From: Octopus vulgaris
Lineage: Eukaryota
DNA: 64,000 nt
Assembly: GCA_951406725.2 (NCBI GenBank)
Contig: OX597821.1
Coordinates: 110,980,001 to 111,044,000 of the forward strand
Direction of reading: 5' to 3'
The translations under genes and the position numbers were made by a program. Position 1 is the first letter of the stretch, and every line of letters begins with the position of its first letter. Of the stretch, positions 28,094-42,455 are shown piece after piece. The notes below the pieces were generated by a model. The model searched no databases. It was not told the DNA's origin and was given only the letters and a program-made list of their open reading frames with translations.

Positions 28094-28489
28094 TTGGTAG
28101 TAGTGATGGTGGTGGTGTTGGTGGTGGTGGTGGTGGTGTTGGTAGTAGTAATATAGGAGGTGGTTGGTGGTAGTAATCGTGGTATGGTAAAAATTTAACT
28201 TTAGTTTTGTAATTCGTGTTTTCCCAAGAAAAGACTTTTTTTGTATTCCTTGTTGTTTCTTGAAGTCTACTCCTGCGCCGCTTAAGTATAAGCAAAGTAC
28301 AATCAATAAGCTTCCACACAGTCTCCATCTACCCATTTTCACTCATAGAGCACGTGTCGAGCTGAAACTATGACAGAAGACAATTATCAAAGGTCCACGT
28401 TGTGAAATCGAACTCTGAGCCACAAGATTGCTAAGCAAACGTCTTAATGACACACCCATAATTATATTCCAGCTTTACTTAGTGAGTTA

Positions 28490-28634
28490 GAGCCGAAGTG
28501 AGAATTCTTAGTGGTATTTCGTCTGTCTTAACGTTCTGAGTTCAAATTCCGCCGCGGTCGACTTTGCCTTTCATCCTTAAGTACCAGGCCTACAGTAGAA
28601 AGGCTTATTATTATTATTATTTTTATTATTTTTA

Positions 28635-28688
<54 letters not shown>

Positions 28689-29185
28689 GGTTTTTCTTCG
28701 TCCTTCAAATTGTTTCCATTTTTTTGTCTGGTAGAATCGTTAGCACGCCGGATATACTGCTTAGTAGTATTTCGTCCGTTTTCACGCTGGGAGATCAACT
28801 TTTTAACCGAGGTCGACTTTGTCTTTCATCCCTTTCGGGTTCGATGAAATAATTAACAGTTGAGCACTGTTGTCGATATAATCGACTGGCCCCTTCCCCA
28901 CAAAAATTCAGTCCTTGTGTCTATAGCAAAAAGGATATTTAGTCCTGTCTTTTTACTTTCTGAGTTCAAATCATGCCAGACCCAACATTGCTTTCCTTCT
29001 CACAGAGCACTTCAAAATAAATAGCAGTCATATAGTGTACAATTTCTTTTCCACTCTAGGCACAAGGCCCGAAATTGGGGGGAGAGATACCAGTCGATTA
29101 GATCGACCCTAGTACGTAACTGGTACTTAATTTATCGATCCCGAAAGGATAAAAGGCAAATTCGATCTCGGCGGAATTGAATTCA
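28490..29185. mobile_element. SINE family A fragments (28490-28605 +, 28725-28935 +, 29045-29185 -)
   Basis: Family A motifs around (TTA)n. Confidence 0.8.
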
Positions 29186-29504
29186 GATTTGAATGACCAA
29201 GCTTAGACCTATAATCAGAGACATTCTAGAAGTGATCATCACGTCTTATTTTCAGGTGTGGTGTTCTAAGACTACATTTTCCAATGCTGCATTCCTTCCA
29301 TTCGTTTTTTTTTTTGTTTTTTTTTTATGAAGACACATTTATTTCTATGCAACCACGTACAAGTTCTCTGGTTAGCTCGCAAAAAAAATTATCAATTATT
29401 CGTTGCTATTAGAAACTAGAGATTATGGAGTTAGATTTTCTTGAGCTGTGTTCCTCGCAAATAAAACTCGTACCTTCTCTGAGCCGTCCTTTATATATAC
29501 ACGT

Positions 29505-29810
29505 CTCCGTCGCTAACGACGACGAGCGTTCCAGTTGATCCAATCAACGGAACAGTCTGGTCGTGAAATTAACGAGCAAATGGCTAAGTACTCCACAGAC
29601 ACGTGTACCCTTAACGTAGTTCTCAGGGAGATTCAGCGTGACACAGGGTGTGACAAGGCTTCTCCCTGTGAATATTACAGGTACTACACATTTTTGCCAG
29701 CTGAGTGGACAGGATCAACGTGAAGTAACGTGTCTTGCTCAAGGACAAAACATGCCGCCGAGAATTGAACTGACAACCTTAATATTGCGAGCCGAATAAC
29801 CTAACCACTA
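29505..29810 (-). mobile_element. SINE family D
   Basis: Colinear with 17309-17615. Confidence 0.8.
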
Positions 29811-30315
29811 CGCCTCGAGCATTCCATTCTCTTTCGTATATGTAACAAATTGTAATCCACCAGGAAGCAAAACAGGTTTGGCTTTTATTTTGTTTTACTT
29901 TATTTTATTTTTACCCTGAAGAATTTGAAGGAGACATTGCGAATGAGAGGTGTTAGTAAATGTTTCTAACCAGTCAAACTAGTTGAAACGAGTAGAAGGC
30001 AGTGTTTAAACATTTAATATTTGAAAACCAGACAAAACTTTATGGCGATAAAAGAAAGAAAGGAGACATACCAACACTTCTGTTGCTACGAATTATTGTA
30101 ACAATATGGCTGTTACAGAATTGGCGAGTGTTGTCGTTTAGCCCAGGGTCAGTTCTGACCGACCACCCATGATCACCTTGCCTTTATTTTTATTATTTTC
30201 ATATACATATACATAAATATATCTAGGGGTCATTTTATCTCATGCTTTAATCTTTTTCTTTTTCAAGAGAGTAATATGTGATTTGAGGAAGGGCGGGGTA
30301 CTATTTCCAACAATG

Positions 30316-30545
30316 TGGAGGCGCGTGGCTTTGTGGTTAGGGTGTTGGACTCGTGGTCGTAAGATTGTGGTTTCGATTCCTGGAACGGGTGACGCGTTGT
30401 GTTCTTTGAGCAAAACACTTCATTTCACGTTGCTCCAGTCCACACAGCTGGCAAAAATTGCGTAATCTCACGACGGACGGGCGTCCAATCCAGGGGTGAA
30501 TATATACGCTACAGAAACCAGGAAACCGGAAAACCGGTCCTATGA
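30316..30545 (+). mobile_element. SINE with family D body and the alternative tail seen at 25220-25300
   Basis: GTGTTCTTTGAGCAAAACACTT body followed by GGCGTCCAATCCAGGGG..ACAGAAACCAGGAAACCGG. Confidence 0.75.
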
Positions 30546-30852
30546 CTCTATATAACTTGGAAAGGATTTTTATCCTTTATTCTGTCCTGTCTCTAACACT
30601 TTAAGTAGCCACGAGGTGGCTGTCTCTTATTTGTTTAACATAACAGCAGGTACTGCTGCTGCTCTTGTTAAGTTACAAGTTCCCTTCAAAACCCCAAAGG
30701 GTCAATATCCCTTCCGCCAATCTTAACAAGTAAGTTACCTCAGTTTGTCCCCTGAATCCGAAATGATACACCGATCGTTTGTTGTTTCCTGTCGCCAGGA
30801 CTTACATATTCTTACAGGAGAACTGAAGCTAACTCCTACCTTTAATCTAACA

Positions 30853-31227
30853 CAGTGGTCCTCGATCATTTTTTTTTTACCTATGTACCCTTTCACTACT
30901 ATGTAATTCTGGTACAGCCCCATTGCCATTCGATGGTTTTGTGTGTTTATGTCACCCCGTAACTAAGTGATTCGGCAAATCACACTGATATAATAAGTAC
31001 TAGGCTTACAAAGAATAATTCCCGGGGTGGATTTCTTCGACTGACACCCTTTAAAGAGTGATGCTCCAGCATGGCCGTAGTCAAATGACTGAAACAAGTA
31101 AAAGAATAAAAAGAAAAATACTACTGTGTCCCCAATTTACTATTTTGCTTACGTGAACCTCACAAAGGATCATAAGGACCCCCCCCGCGCCCCCGGAGGT
31201 CATATGAACCCCTGCCGAGAACCGCTG
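30853..31227. mobile_element. hAT (Charlie-like) MITE interrupted by a SINE B 3' half
   Basis: Ends CAGTGGTCCTC / GAGAACCGCTG; 8-bp flanks ATCTAACA and ACCTAACG (6/8 match) resemble the NTCTARAN Charlie target. Confidence 0.55.
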
Positions 31228-31746
31228 ACCTAACGCCTTATTGCTATGTAATATATTCTGAAAGCTCTACGCTGCGGGTCAAACACCTCTTAGTCCTTCG
31301 TTTCCTTTATAGTGTATAATAAAGTAAATAGTTTTGTGGCTTTACCGGTAATATTCCGCTATTGCCCAGTGATGCGGGACGATCTTGCGGCCAATGAACC
31401 GAGAGGCGACATCTAATCCAATCAAACAACTATATTCAAAATCAATAAATAGCCTTTCATCTTCTAAACATAATCGATTTCGTCTCTTCATCTTGATTTC
31501 TTTAGCATTAAACTTAACCGCTGTATAATCATCATCATCCTCATCCTCATCATCATCATCATCATCATCATTATCATCATCATCTTCATCAAATTCATCA
31601 TCGTCATCGTAATCATCATCGTCATCATCATCGTCATCATCATCACCATGATCAACATCATCTTCTTCATCATCATCTTCGTCATTATCAACGAATGTCT
31701 ACTAATCATTTTCCATATATACACACATACATACGTACATATATAC

Positions 31747-31784
<38 letters not shown>

Positions 31785-32647
31785 TCGGAGGCGACTCCAG
31801 GTCATCAGCGTCACTCGGGCTCATCACAGATTTCACCCCAAATGTCTTATTTTCTATATCTAGCTCTATGTCTTACTCCATTTCTAAGTTAAGTGTAAAA
31901 ATAAAGCAACCCTGTGAAACGCAACTGATCTTTATACACAGACGCACAGAATAACAGCAATCCAATAACGACAGCGGAGTACACAACAAACATCAACGAT
32001 CTCACTGTCGCCAGTACTCTTAACAAGAGATGCCAGTTAGTCTTTTACACCTACCAGGCTCGTTCTTATTAGCCCGAGTTGCTGCATAATTATTCGTTCC
32101 TTTAAGAATATTGAAGAACGGAAACTTTTCATAGATTGGAATTTAAATCCTAATCTCTATAGAAATTTATTGTTTCAAGAAAACTTTGAATTTGAATTAC
32201 TTTTAATTTTTACGATTATAGACAACAACTCAGGCTGTAACTTCTGAACCCGAGTCAGACGCGTGTGAACGATGTCGAGAGAACGTCTATGCTTCCCTAA
32301 TGAAGCCGCAATAAAACCGAAACCCGTCAGAAGTTATCTATTGCTCTTGTCAAAATAATTCAAAATAATCACTGTATATTTTATGCCCAATACACGGTAA
32401 TAGTTTTATATCTGGCTGGTTTATATAGCTATTGAATACTCTATGCTATCAATTGATGAAAGAGTTTGTGAACAACTCCGGGGTGATCAACAAATCATAA
32501 AACTATTTGTCAAGCAACTCCCCTCCTATTTTGATTTTCTGTCATAGCTAAGGCTCTCTAATATTAAAATTTATTTCAATTAAAAAAATATTAGGGATTT
32601 CACTCATTTTTTTTTTCGTATAGTTATTTAATCTTCTCTGCATATTT

Positions 32648-32728
<81 letters not shown>

Positions 32729-33619
32729 CCCTTCTCTCCAACAACCGTTGATTTGCGATAGGTTTATTGAATCGTAAGCGACATCAATTTCACCAGTCTT
32801 CGAAGGTCTGTGAATGCCATGAATGACTCTTCTAACGTTTTCCGAATTCTCTCGCCACACATATTTTATTCATTTATTTGTTTATTTTTGCAAAATTTTG
32901 AGCGAGGCGTTAATGGTAAGTAACAACGCCGGTCTCGCAAGGCAGCGATGGCCATGAGCACAACTCGTTCTTGTAGAAAGAACAAAGCAAACTAATAAAA
33001 GAATTAGCTTAATCAAAATAAATTAATTAAAAATTAAATGTTGACATTAACATAACTACAATTTAATAGTTTAATAGTAATGGCGTGCACTTCATTCCTC
33101 CTTTATCACTGTTTATTTCTCTTTCTCGCAGCATACAAAACTCATCTTTCATACTTTATTGTTTCTCTAACGGAGATCAGATGTTTCTGAATTATGCATA
33201 TTAGGTCTAAGAAATTAATTATTTTAATATCGAGAAATTGCCTCTCCTTTTCTATAAGAGGCGCTAACAATTTACCATTAGGCATTTGTTTTCTTACCCC
33301 CGTATAAAACGGAAATCTCAACTGAGGGATTTCTTATTTACGCCTTTCAATACATCACTCCTTATCTTATTTATGCTATAAAATGCTATTAGCCCACTTG
33401 AGTTATTTCCCTTATCTCTATTTAAAATTTACTTATCGTTTTTTTTTATACCATATCTATTATTTCTTTACAGTCACATTTTCCTTTCTGTTTCAGTCCT
33501 CATCTCATACACAACCTTTTCTCTTTTCCCACCCTTCTTTCATCTCTTTAAATGCCTCTTTTTCTTCACGTTGCTCAGCACCGTTCTCTATGTTGTTGTT
33601 GTTGTTGCTACTGCTGCTG

Positions 33620-33950
33620 TTGCTGTCCCAGAGCTCGCAAGATGGGAGAAGTCCGAAACGTGGTCCTTTGCTATTCGTAAGACCCGCAGAAGAGAGCATC
33701 GACGGATGGATGAATGCGCATCCAGGCTCAGCGGTTGCGTAGGAAGTCGGGGACAAGAAACAGGAAGAAAGAGTGAGAGAAAGTTGGAGCGAAAGAGTAC
33801 AAGAGGGGTCGCCACCACCCCCTGCCGGAGCCTCGTGGAGCTATAGGTGTTTTCGCTCAATAAACACACAGAACGCCCGGTCTGGGAATCGAAACCGCGA
33901 TCCTCCGACCGCGAGTCCGCTGCCTTAACCACTGGGCCATTGCGCCTCCA
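33620..33950 (-). mobile_element. SINE family C head with a third tail type, with 14-bp TSD
   Basis: TTGCTACTGCTGCT at 33605-33618 and 33951-33964. Confidence 0.85.
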
Positions 33951-34563
33951 TTGCTACTGCTGCTCTTTTCTTTCTGCACCTTCCAAAATTTTGTAATTTC
34001 TTTACCATTTCATCACTTCATCACTTCATCATTTCATCATTTTTCTCTTTCAGTATCACTGTGCCATCTTTACCGCCTTTCATCTCTTTCGCTGCCTCTT
34101 TCTCTTCACATTCTTCAGTACCGTTCTCTATGTTGTTGTTAATGTTACTACTGCTGCGTTCTTTCTGCACCTTCCATTACTCTGCAATTTCTTTAACACT
34201 TCATCACTTTTCTCTCTTATGTATCATTCCTCTTTGTAACCTTTCTTTTCCCTCCGTTCCATTTCTCTTTGGGTCTTCTCTCCCATTACTCCTTCTTTCT
34301 TCCTTTTCTCTCCCCCTTCTTCCTCTCTTTCTCTCTCTCTTTCACACACACATACACACAAACACACTATTTTCTTTTCTTCTCAATCAATCAATGTCAT
34401 ATAGTCTATATTAAATACGATTTTTTCCTGACTTCGATATATTTTTCTTGTCATAGACATTGCATCACTGCTATAGGCCACAGTGATTTGGACGGTTGTA
34501 CAATCTCAAGCGACTTTAATTAGGCAAAATATAATAATGATGCTAGTGATGACGACGGCGGCG

Positions 34564-34624
<61 letters not shown>

Positions 34625-34665
34625 TAATAATAATAATGATAATAATAATAATGATAATAATAATG

Positions 34666-34727
<62 letters not shown>

Positions 34728-34897
34728 CCTTTCTACTATAGGCACAAGGCCTAGGTTTTCCAGGAATGGGGACAGTTGATCACATCGACCCCAGCACTCA
34801 ACTGGTACTTAATTTATCGACCCCGAAAGGATGAAAGGCAAAGTCGACCTCCGCTAAGCATTTCGCCCACCATGCTTAACGACTCTGCCGGTTCACC

Positions 34898-34945
<48 letters not shown>

Positions 34946-35932
34946 TCTTTGTAATTTTGGCACAAGGTTAGCAGTTTTTGGGTGGAGGGGCAAGTCGATT
35001 ACGTCGCCCAAGTACATGACTGGTACTTTATTTTTATCTGCCTCGAAAGGCTGAAAGGCAAAGTCAACTTGGGCTGAGTTTGTCTTCCGAGCAGTTTCGG
35101 ACAAGCCTCTTTCGGACAAGCCCGACTGACCCCTCTTCCATAACTGTAGAGTTTATCTCTAGCTAGCAATGCCTTTCTTCCGGTGTCATTGCCAGGTTAA
35201 GGATTTCTGCAAGTTGTATGTATACATACCCACCCCAGGTCGAAAACCTGTAACAAACAGCTAGTGTTTCTCGTCGATGCCAATATTTTCTTTGACATCG
35301 TCGCTCTTTCCCCGCCACTAGTCTACCAAAGACTGCTAACATGGAAGTTCTACCTGTCACATATTCCAAATATTAGATGACTGTGAACGACAGTGAATAT
35401 TCCAGATGCCAAGTCCTCAAGTCCTGATTTTCGCTTAGCGGTTTTTGCAGACCCTCGAAGGCTACTAAAATTGATGTCGTATCGTTCCTGTTGACATATT
35501 TCAAATCAACGGTTGCAGGAGAGAGAAAGGGAAAGAGAGAGAAAAAAGGGAGAGAGAGAGAATATATACAAAGGAGATGAAAGAGCTCATTCTAAATAAT
35601 TATTTTAACAAGCGAGAAAAATACCTAATATTATCTTAATTGAAATAAATTTTAATATTAGAAAGTTTTAGGCTATGAAACCCACACATTCGCGTGCGCG
35701 CGTGTGTGTTTGTGCCTATGTTTGTCCCCTACTACCGCTCGACAACGAGTGCTGGTATGTTTACGTCCCCATAACTTAACAGTTCGGCAATAGGTACCGA
35801 TAGAATAAGTACCAGGTTTTAAAAAATAATATTCCTGGGGTCGATTCATTCGACTAGAAATTCCTTAAGGCGGTGCCCCATCATGGCCGCTGTCTAATGA
35901 CCGAAACAAGTAAAAGATGAAAAATAAAGAAT

Positions 35933-36058
35933 AATGGGGCCCATAGATTTTTTTTAAATGGGGCCATAGATTTTTTTAAAAAAATGGGTCCATAGATTTT
36001 TTTTTTTTAAATGGGTCCATAGATTTTTTTTTAAAAAGAGGACCCATAGATTTTTAAA
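35933..36058 (+). repeat. About 25-bp tandem repeat x5
   Basis: AATGGG(G/T)CCATAGATTTTTTTTTA units. Confidence 0.85.
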
Positions 36059-36713
36059 GTTTTACAACCTTTGGTCAAGAGCACGTTAACAGTAGATGGA
36101 CATTTTGACCATAAGAAGCATTCCTTCCTTAAACCCTTAAACAATGAAAAAGGAGGCGATTTAGTCTGAGCGGCCAACAGAAACAAGATTAAATGCTCAG
36201 ATGTGTTCTCCACCTCTATTCGACTTTTCAAGGATAATCTCCTCCTGGCTCGTTTCTAGGTGACTGTTCAGCCTGTCCCATAATCTTGTAACAAATTCTC
36301 TCCCCCTGAAGCTCCGATCAGTACCAACCCCGCCCCACCAAGTTACTTATGCAGTCCGTCGGTTCAATACCATAGGATGCTGACCGGTGGCATAGAGCTG
36401 CCTCTCTTGGTGCTGGGCTGCAAAACTCACCGAATTGTCTGCCTTATTCTTCGCTCATGTCACAGCCCTCATATTCTTTTAGAACGGTGCCGCCTCCCTC
36501 AGCTTCAATGGCTGGTTGTCTTCAACATCATTACAATGTCGTCGTCGATGATGACGGCGATGATGACGAAAAAGACGACGAAGAGGAAGAGGAGGAGAAG
36601 GATGGTGATGATGGTGACGATGGCGGTGATGACGATTATGATGACCATGGCGACGACGATGATAATGATGATATTGATAACGCTAATCGAAAGAAAATTA
36701 CTGCCTATATACA

Positions 36714-36930
36714 TCTATTATATAAAATCCGTTCTGTCTGTCTGTGTGTGTGTCTTCTAGGATCTCGGGCATCCTCCATCCGATTGTGCTCAAATTTGAT
36801 ATGTAGATACTGACGGTATCAGGGCGTGTATAAGTCTTGACAAAATTACAAAAATCGATTCCAGGTGAGAATGCGATCGATAAAGCCGTGGGAACGTGCA
36901 TTTGTGAAATCGTTTTTCTTGGAATAGAAA
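36714..36930 (+). mobile_element. Probable non-autonomous Helitron 5' end
   Basis: A|TCTATTATATAAAA start followed by (CTGT)n and CCGATTGTGCTCAAATTTG, a layout typical of small animal Helitrons; no clear CTRR 3' end found. Confidence 0.5.
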
Positions 36931-37107
36931 ATAAAGTCTATCTTTATTTCTTCTTTTGCCGGTGTCTCAAATTTAGGTTAAATCAGTGTTTCTCAAAGGG
37001 GAGGTCTATGGGATGGTCGGACAAGTTGTTTTGAGAAAATTTGGTTTAAATGTTTGACAACTCAGCACTGTCCATTGGACGGGGGATGGCGTTTTGCTCG
37101 TATTTAT

Positions 37108-37223
<116 letters not shown>

Positions 37224-37823
37224 ACATATATACATATATATATACACACATATATATATATATACATACATATATACGCACGTACACACGTAGGTTGTAA
37301 TTCTATATATCTTGGTCACAAAAGCTATAAAATCGTAGAAAAGAACAAAATGAAGACAGTTTTTTTTATCATGTCCAGTGTAACACACAAACACACACTC
37401 ACGTCTGTGTGTGTCTGTGTGTAGTTACATAATATGTATGTATGTGTGTGTTTGTATGTATGTATATCTTTGTATGTATCTATATGTATGTATGTGTGTG
37501 TTTGTATGTATGTATATCTTTGTATGTATCTATATGTATGTAATGTATGTGTGTGTATGTGTGTGTGGCTGATCCGTCTAGTGTCATGTCTTCATATAAA
37601 ACAAAATGAGATGTTATGCAATTCTGTCTTAGTCGTATGAATTTCAAAGCTAGACATGTTCGTTTGTAATTTTGTTTGCTTTTTTTGCTTTATTTTGCTT
37701 TTTTTTTTGAGTGCTTGTACTTGCTGCTGTTTTGATTGTCGCTATAATCAAACAGAAAAAAAAAAGTTGGCAGTATTATTGCAGCAGACAGTGAACAAGT
37801 GTAATTAATAATGATAATAATAA

Positions 37824-37857
<34 letters not shown>

Positions 37858-37991
37858 GGTGGTAGTGGTGGTGGTGACGACGATGATTTAATAATCTTTT
37901 CTACAATAGGCACAAGGGCCGGAAATTTTGGGGAGGTGTTTAGTGGGTTCTCCCAGCTCGAAACCTTAAAGATGATGATGATGATGATGAT

Positions 37992-38545
37992 ACCCTGATG
38001 CAATACCAGGCAGTGGCTCTCGTGACTTCTGATCTTAACTGATTGGAAGTGTTATCATGTACATCGTTTTGTCTTGGTATAAAAGATGAACTACAGCAAA
38101 TATTCTGCTCTTTACCACAGATTTGCTTGAAAGTTATTTGACCTTAACCAGTTGAGCATGTCCCTTAGTGGCTGATGATATGGATATCTCTGATCATGTA
38201 CAGAAGTAGTGGGGGAGCATCATAGCCGTGTGTTGAAAGGAATTCTTAGAGGTTTGGATAATTCACTTTTGGAAACATAGGTGGTTCGTTCAACATCTTT
38301 AAACAATCCTTATTCAGGGACCTTTTGAGCGGGATGGGCTACTCGACCAGAAGAAAATTCAAACTGGGACCCACCTGCAAGGTCATGCGCTGTTTATCTT
38401 GATATAAGATCACCATGTCGCGCACATATGGTTGTGATGCATGTGCCTGGTGTACCCTTATCAGACGGGTAGTCATGATGTGTATACTGGGCTTCGTATA
38501 TTTTACTCCAGTGTCACTTTGATGGCATACACTGCTCTCTCATTC
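37992..38545 (+). mobile_element. About 550-bp interspersed element ending in (TAA)n, copy 2
   Basis: Homologous to 14605-15200; preceded by (GAT)n and followed by (TAA)n. Confidence 0.85.
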
Positions 38546-38594
<49 letters not shown>

Positions 38595-38899
38595 GCAACA
38601 ACAATAATAATAATAATGTTTTTATTTGCCACAGGGTCCGGTTCATACATACAAAGCGTGCGTTACAAAAGGGTGTAAAATGCATGATGCGATACACAAA
38701 TATGTAAGTTAAATAATTTATCGACTTAATAATGATTTCAAATTTTCAAACAAAGCCAGCAGTTATTCAGGGGTGGTGGAAGTTGATTACATCAACCCCA
38801 GTATTCAACTCGTACCACTTATTTTATCGACTCCGAAAGAGTAAAAAGCAAAGTCGACCTCAATGGAATTTGAACTCAGAATGTAGAGACGGACAAAAT

Positions 38900-39000
38900 G
38901 CGCGTTGTTTGCTGTTCCCAAAAGTATTGTCTTTTGCAATGTCGTAAAACTGGGACAGATTCCAATTGTGCCAAAGTGTTTCTGAAGGCTTTTCATCATC
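38900..39000 (-). mobile_element. R4/Dong-like RLE C-terminal fragment
   Basis: KSLQKHFGTIGICPSFTTLQKTILLGTA resembles the LQKxxLLGTA terminal motif. Confidence 0.6.
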
Positions 39001-39059
39001 GACCCCTTTTCATCGTTGGAGCCCTTGGGCCTCCAATCACAATTGGTTCAACCCTTGCT

Positions 39060-39590
<531 letters not shown>

Positions 39591-40400
39591 TTGTTGTTGT
39601 TGTTGTTGTTGTTGTTCTTGATGCTGTTGTTGTTGATGATGATGATGTTCTTGCTCTTCGTTCTAGTTATTTGCGTGTTATAAAAAACGTAAAGTTGTTC
39701 AGCGATCTTTCAGGTCACTTCATAACGATGTCATCCCGGGAGATCAGTATTGTAAATTAAGAATAATTAAACGTGTTGGCAGTTAACGATGCCTAATTAA
39801 GCAAACACTAATAAGGAAATGCTCACTTTAGGCCATATAATTTCAAAATTGCGCTTCAGATGACGTCATTCAGTGATTGAAAAAAGGGTCTTTATCTTGA
39901 ACGTATAATTGAGTGTGTTCAATTTGAATATTAGATCTTAGGGAGAGAGGAGAAATTTTAAAGCATGATAATAGCAATTATATTAATGACCAGTTAAGTT
40001 AAGGGTTTTATCTGTTATTTTTTAAACTTTTACTTGTTTCAGTCATTAGACTACGGCCATGTTAGAGCACCGACTTGAAGAGTTTTAGTGAAATAGATCG
40101 TCCTTGGCACTTATGTTTTGTTTCGTGGGTTCCTTCAACCAGGGTTAATAATAGTAGCGTAGCTACAGATGTGGGGGCGGAAAGGCAGACGATGCCATAG
40201 ATCTCGGTACTCGACACGTATTTTATTTTATTGGCCCCCTGAAAAAATTGAAAGGTAAACGGGTGGCACTAAGCACAAATAAATGCTTTGTTTCCAGAGT
40301 AAAAAAAAAAATCCGTGCCCACATTTGATACGACTCTCTTCCCGACGATTAATTTCAAAGAGAAAGATAAATTTTAGAAAATATAATGAAATCGATATTA

Positions 40401-41133
40401 CTGGTACTCCGTCGCTTACGACGACGTCGAGGGTTCCAGTTGGTCCGATCGACGGAACAGCCTGCTCGTGAAATTAACGTGCAAATGGCTGGGCACTCCA
40501 CAGACATGCATACCCTCAACATAGTTCCCATGGAGGTTCAGCGTGACACAGAGTGTAATAAGGCTGACCCTTTAAATTACAGCTACAGCTCATTTTTGCC
40601 AGCTGAGTGAACTGGAGCAAGGTGAAACAAAATATCTTGCTTAAAGACACACGGTATCGCTAGGAATCGATCTCACGACCTTACGATCGCGTGCCGAATA
40701 TGCTAACCATTAAAACAGAAGAGATATCATCGATTACTTTAGACACCGTTAGTGTTAATGTGGACATGCAATGGCCCAGTGGTTAGGGCAGCGGACTCGT
40801 GGTCTTAGGATCGTGGTTTCGATCCCCAGACCGGGCGTTGTGAGTATTTATTGAGCGAAAACACCTAAAGTTCCACGAGGCTCCGGTGTGGCGAACCCTG
40901 CCATACATTTTCACCACAACTTTCTCTCACTCTTTCTTCCTGTTTCTGTTGTACCTGTATTTTCAAAGGGTCAGCCTTGTTACACTCTGTGTCACGCTAA
41001 ATCTCCCTGAGGACTACATTAAGGGTACACGTGCTTGTGGAGTACTCGGCCACTTGTACGTTAATTTCACGAGCGGGCCGTTCCGTTGATCGGATCAACT
41101 GGAACCCTCGTCGTCGTAACCGACGGAGTACCA
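40401..41133. mobile_element. Head-to-head SINE D (40401-40710 -) and SINE C (40760-41133 +)
   Basis: The shared tail gives inverted ends TGGTACTCCGTCG / CGACGGAGTACCA. Confidence 0.88.
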
Positions 41134-41367
41134 AGTGTCAATGATAATCATATTATCGATCAAGACTCCACCTCACCCCACTCTAACCTGCCCCAATCCC
41201 AGCAGTTTCTCACTCCGGTCGGAATTAAACTCAAAACGTTGAATGCTGAAACCAAATCATTTTAGACTTGCATTCACTTCGTCCGCGTCGACTGGCTGGT
41301 CAGTCGAGATGCTAGAAATAACAATTAAATTTCCTTCCAATCACATATTACAACGTTTAAAAAAAAT

Positions 41368-41524
41368 GAGTGGCTGTGTGGTAAGTAGCTTGCTTACCAA
41401 CCATATGGTCCTGGGTTCAGTCCCACTGCATGGCACCTTGGGCAAGCGTCTTCTATAGCCTGGGGCCGACCAAAGCCTTGTGAGTGGATTTGCTAGACGG
41501 AAAGAGGAAGAAGCCCGTCGTATA

Positions 41525-41581
<57 letters not shown>

Positions 41582-41795
41582 ATGTGTGTGTATATGTTTG
41601 TGTGTCTGTGTTTGTCCCCCACTGTCGCTTGACAACCAATGCTGGTGTGTTTTCGTCCCCATAACTTAGTGGTTCGGCAAAAGAGAACGATAGAATAAAT
41701 ACTAGGCTTACAAAGAATAAGCCTTGGTTTCAAATTGCTCGACGAAAGGCGGTGCTCCAGCATGGTCGCAGTCAAATGACTGAAGCAAATAAAAG
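41368..41795 (+). mobile_element. Near full-length SINE family B
   Basis: Head, internal (TG)n and 3' GGCGGTGCTCCAGCATGG..CAAATGACTGAA tail. Confidence 0.9.
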
Positions 41796-41944
41796 AAAAT
41801 AAAATAAAAATATAAAATGATGAGATCCCAGGCACTTCAGTACGTGGCATCGAAAGCAAATGGGATGGCCTTGGTTAGAGTGTCTTTTGATTTAGATCAG
41901 CTTGATAAGAGTTGACCCGAGGATAAAACTAAACGAAAATACAT

Positions 41945-42455
41945 TCTGATTTTGGTACAAGGCCAGCAACAGTGAGGGAAGGGGGCAAACGGTACTGGTA
42001 CTTTTCCCAAAACGGGTGAAGGACAAAGTTGGCCTCGGCGAGATTTGAGCTTCAGCTCAGAATGTAAAAAGCCGGAATAAACGCTGTTTGGCATTTTGTC
42101 CGGCGCGCTAACGATTCTGCCTGCTCGCCGCCTATTAAATTAAACAAAGTGAAGGCGCCTGGTTTAGTGGTTTGGTTATCCGGCTCACGATCTCTAGGTC
42201 ATGAGTTCGATTCCCGGCGGCGCGTTGTGTCCTTGAGCAAGACACTTTATTTTCCCTTGTTCCAGTCCACTCAGTTAGCAAAAATGAGTTGTACCTGTAA
42301 TTCAAAGGACCAACCTTCTCACGTTCTGTATCATGCTGAATCTTCCTGAGAGCGTCATACAAGGTGTACTCAGCCACTTGCACGTTAATTTCACGAGCGG
42401 GTTGTTCCGTTGATCGAAATTACTGAAACACTGATCGTCGCAACCGACGGAATGT
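41945..42455. mobile_element. Head-to-head SINE A (41945-42132 -) and SINE D (42151-42455 +)
   Basis: Family motifs. Confidence 0.8.

Noticed and set aside
27802-28173. Gly/Ser-rich structural protein ORF
   Set aside because: (GGT)/(AGT) microsatellite mosaic with no splice support.
28240-28342. Signal-peptide-like ORF start MGRWRLCGSLLIVLCLYLSG
   Set aside because: Begins within a decayed SINE B (GGTAGATGGAGACTGTGTGGAAGC) and runs into a trinucleotide repeat.
29915-30000. Hammerhead (CTGAAGA..GAAACGAGTA); similar partial matches at 10910, 25870 and 58270
   Set aside because: Stems I and II do not pair convincingly or one core box is missing.
30734-30830. Minus-strand exon ending GAG|GTAACT
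   Set aside because: No convincing acceptor, a competing internal donor, and no recognisable peptide.
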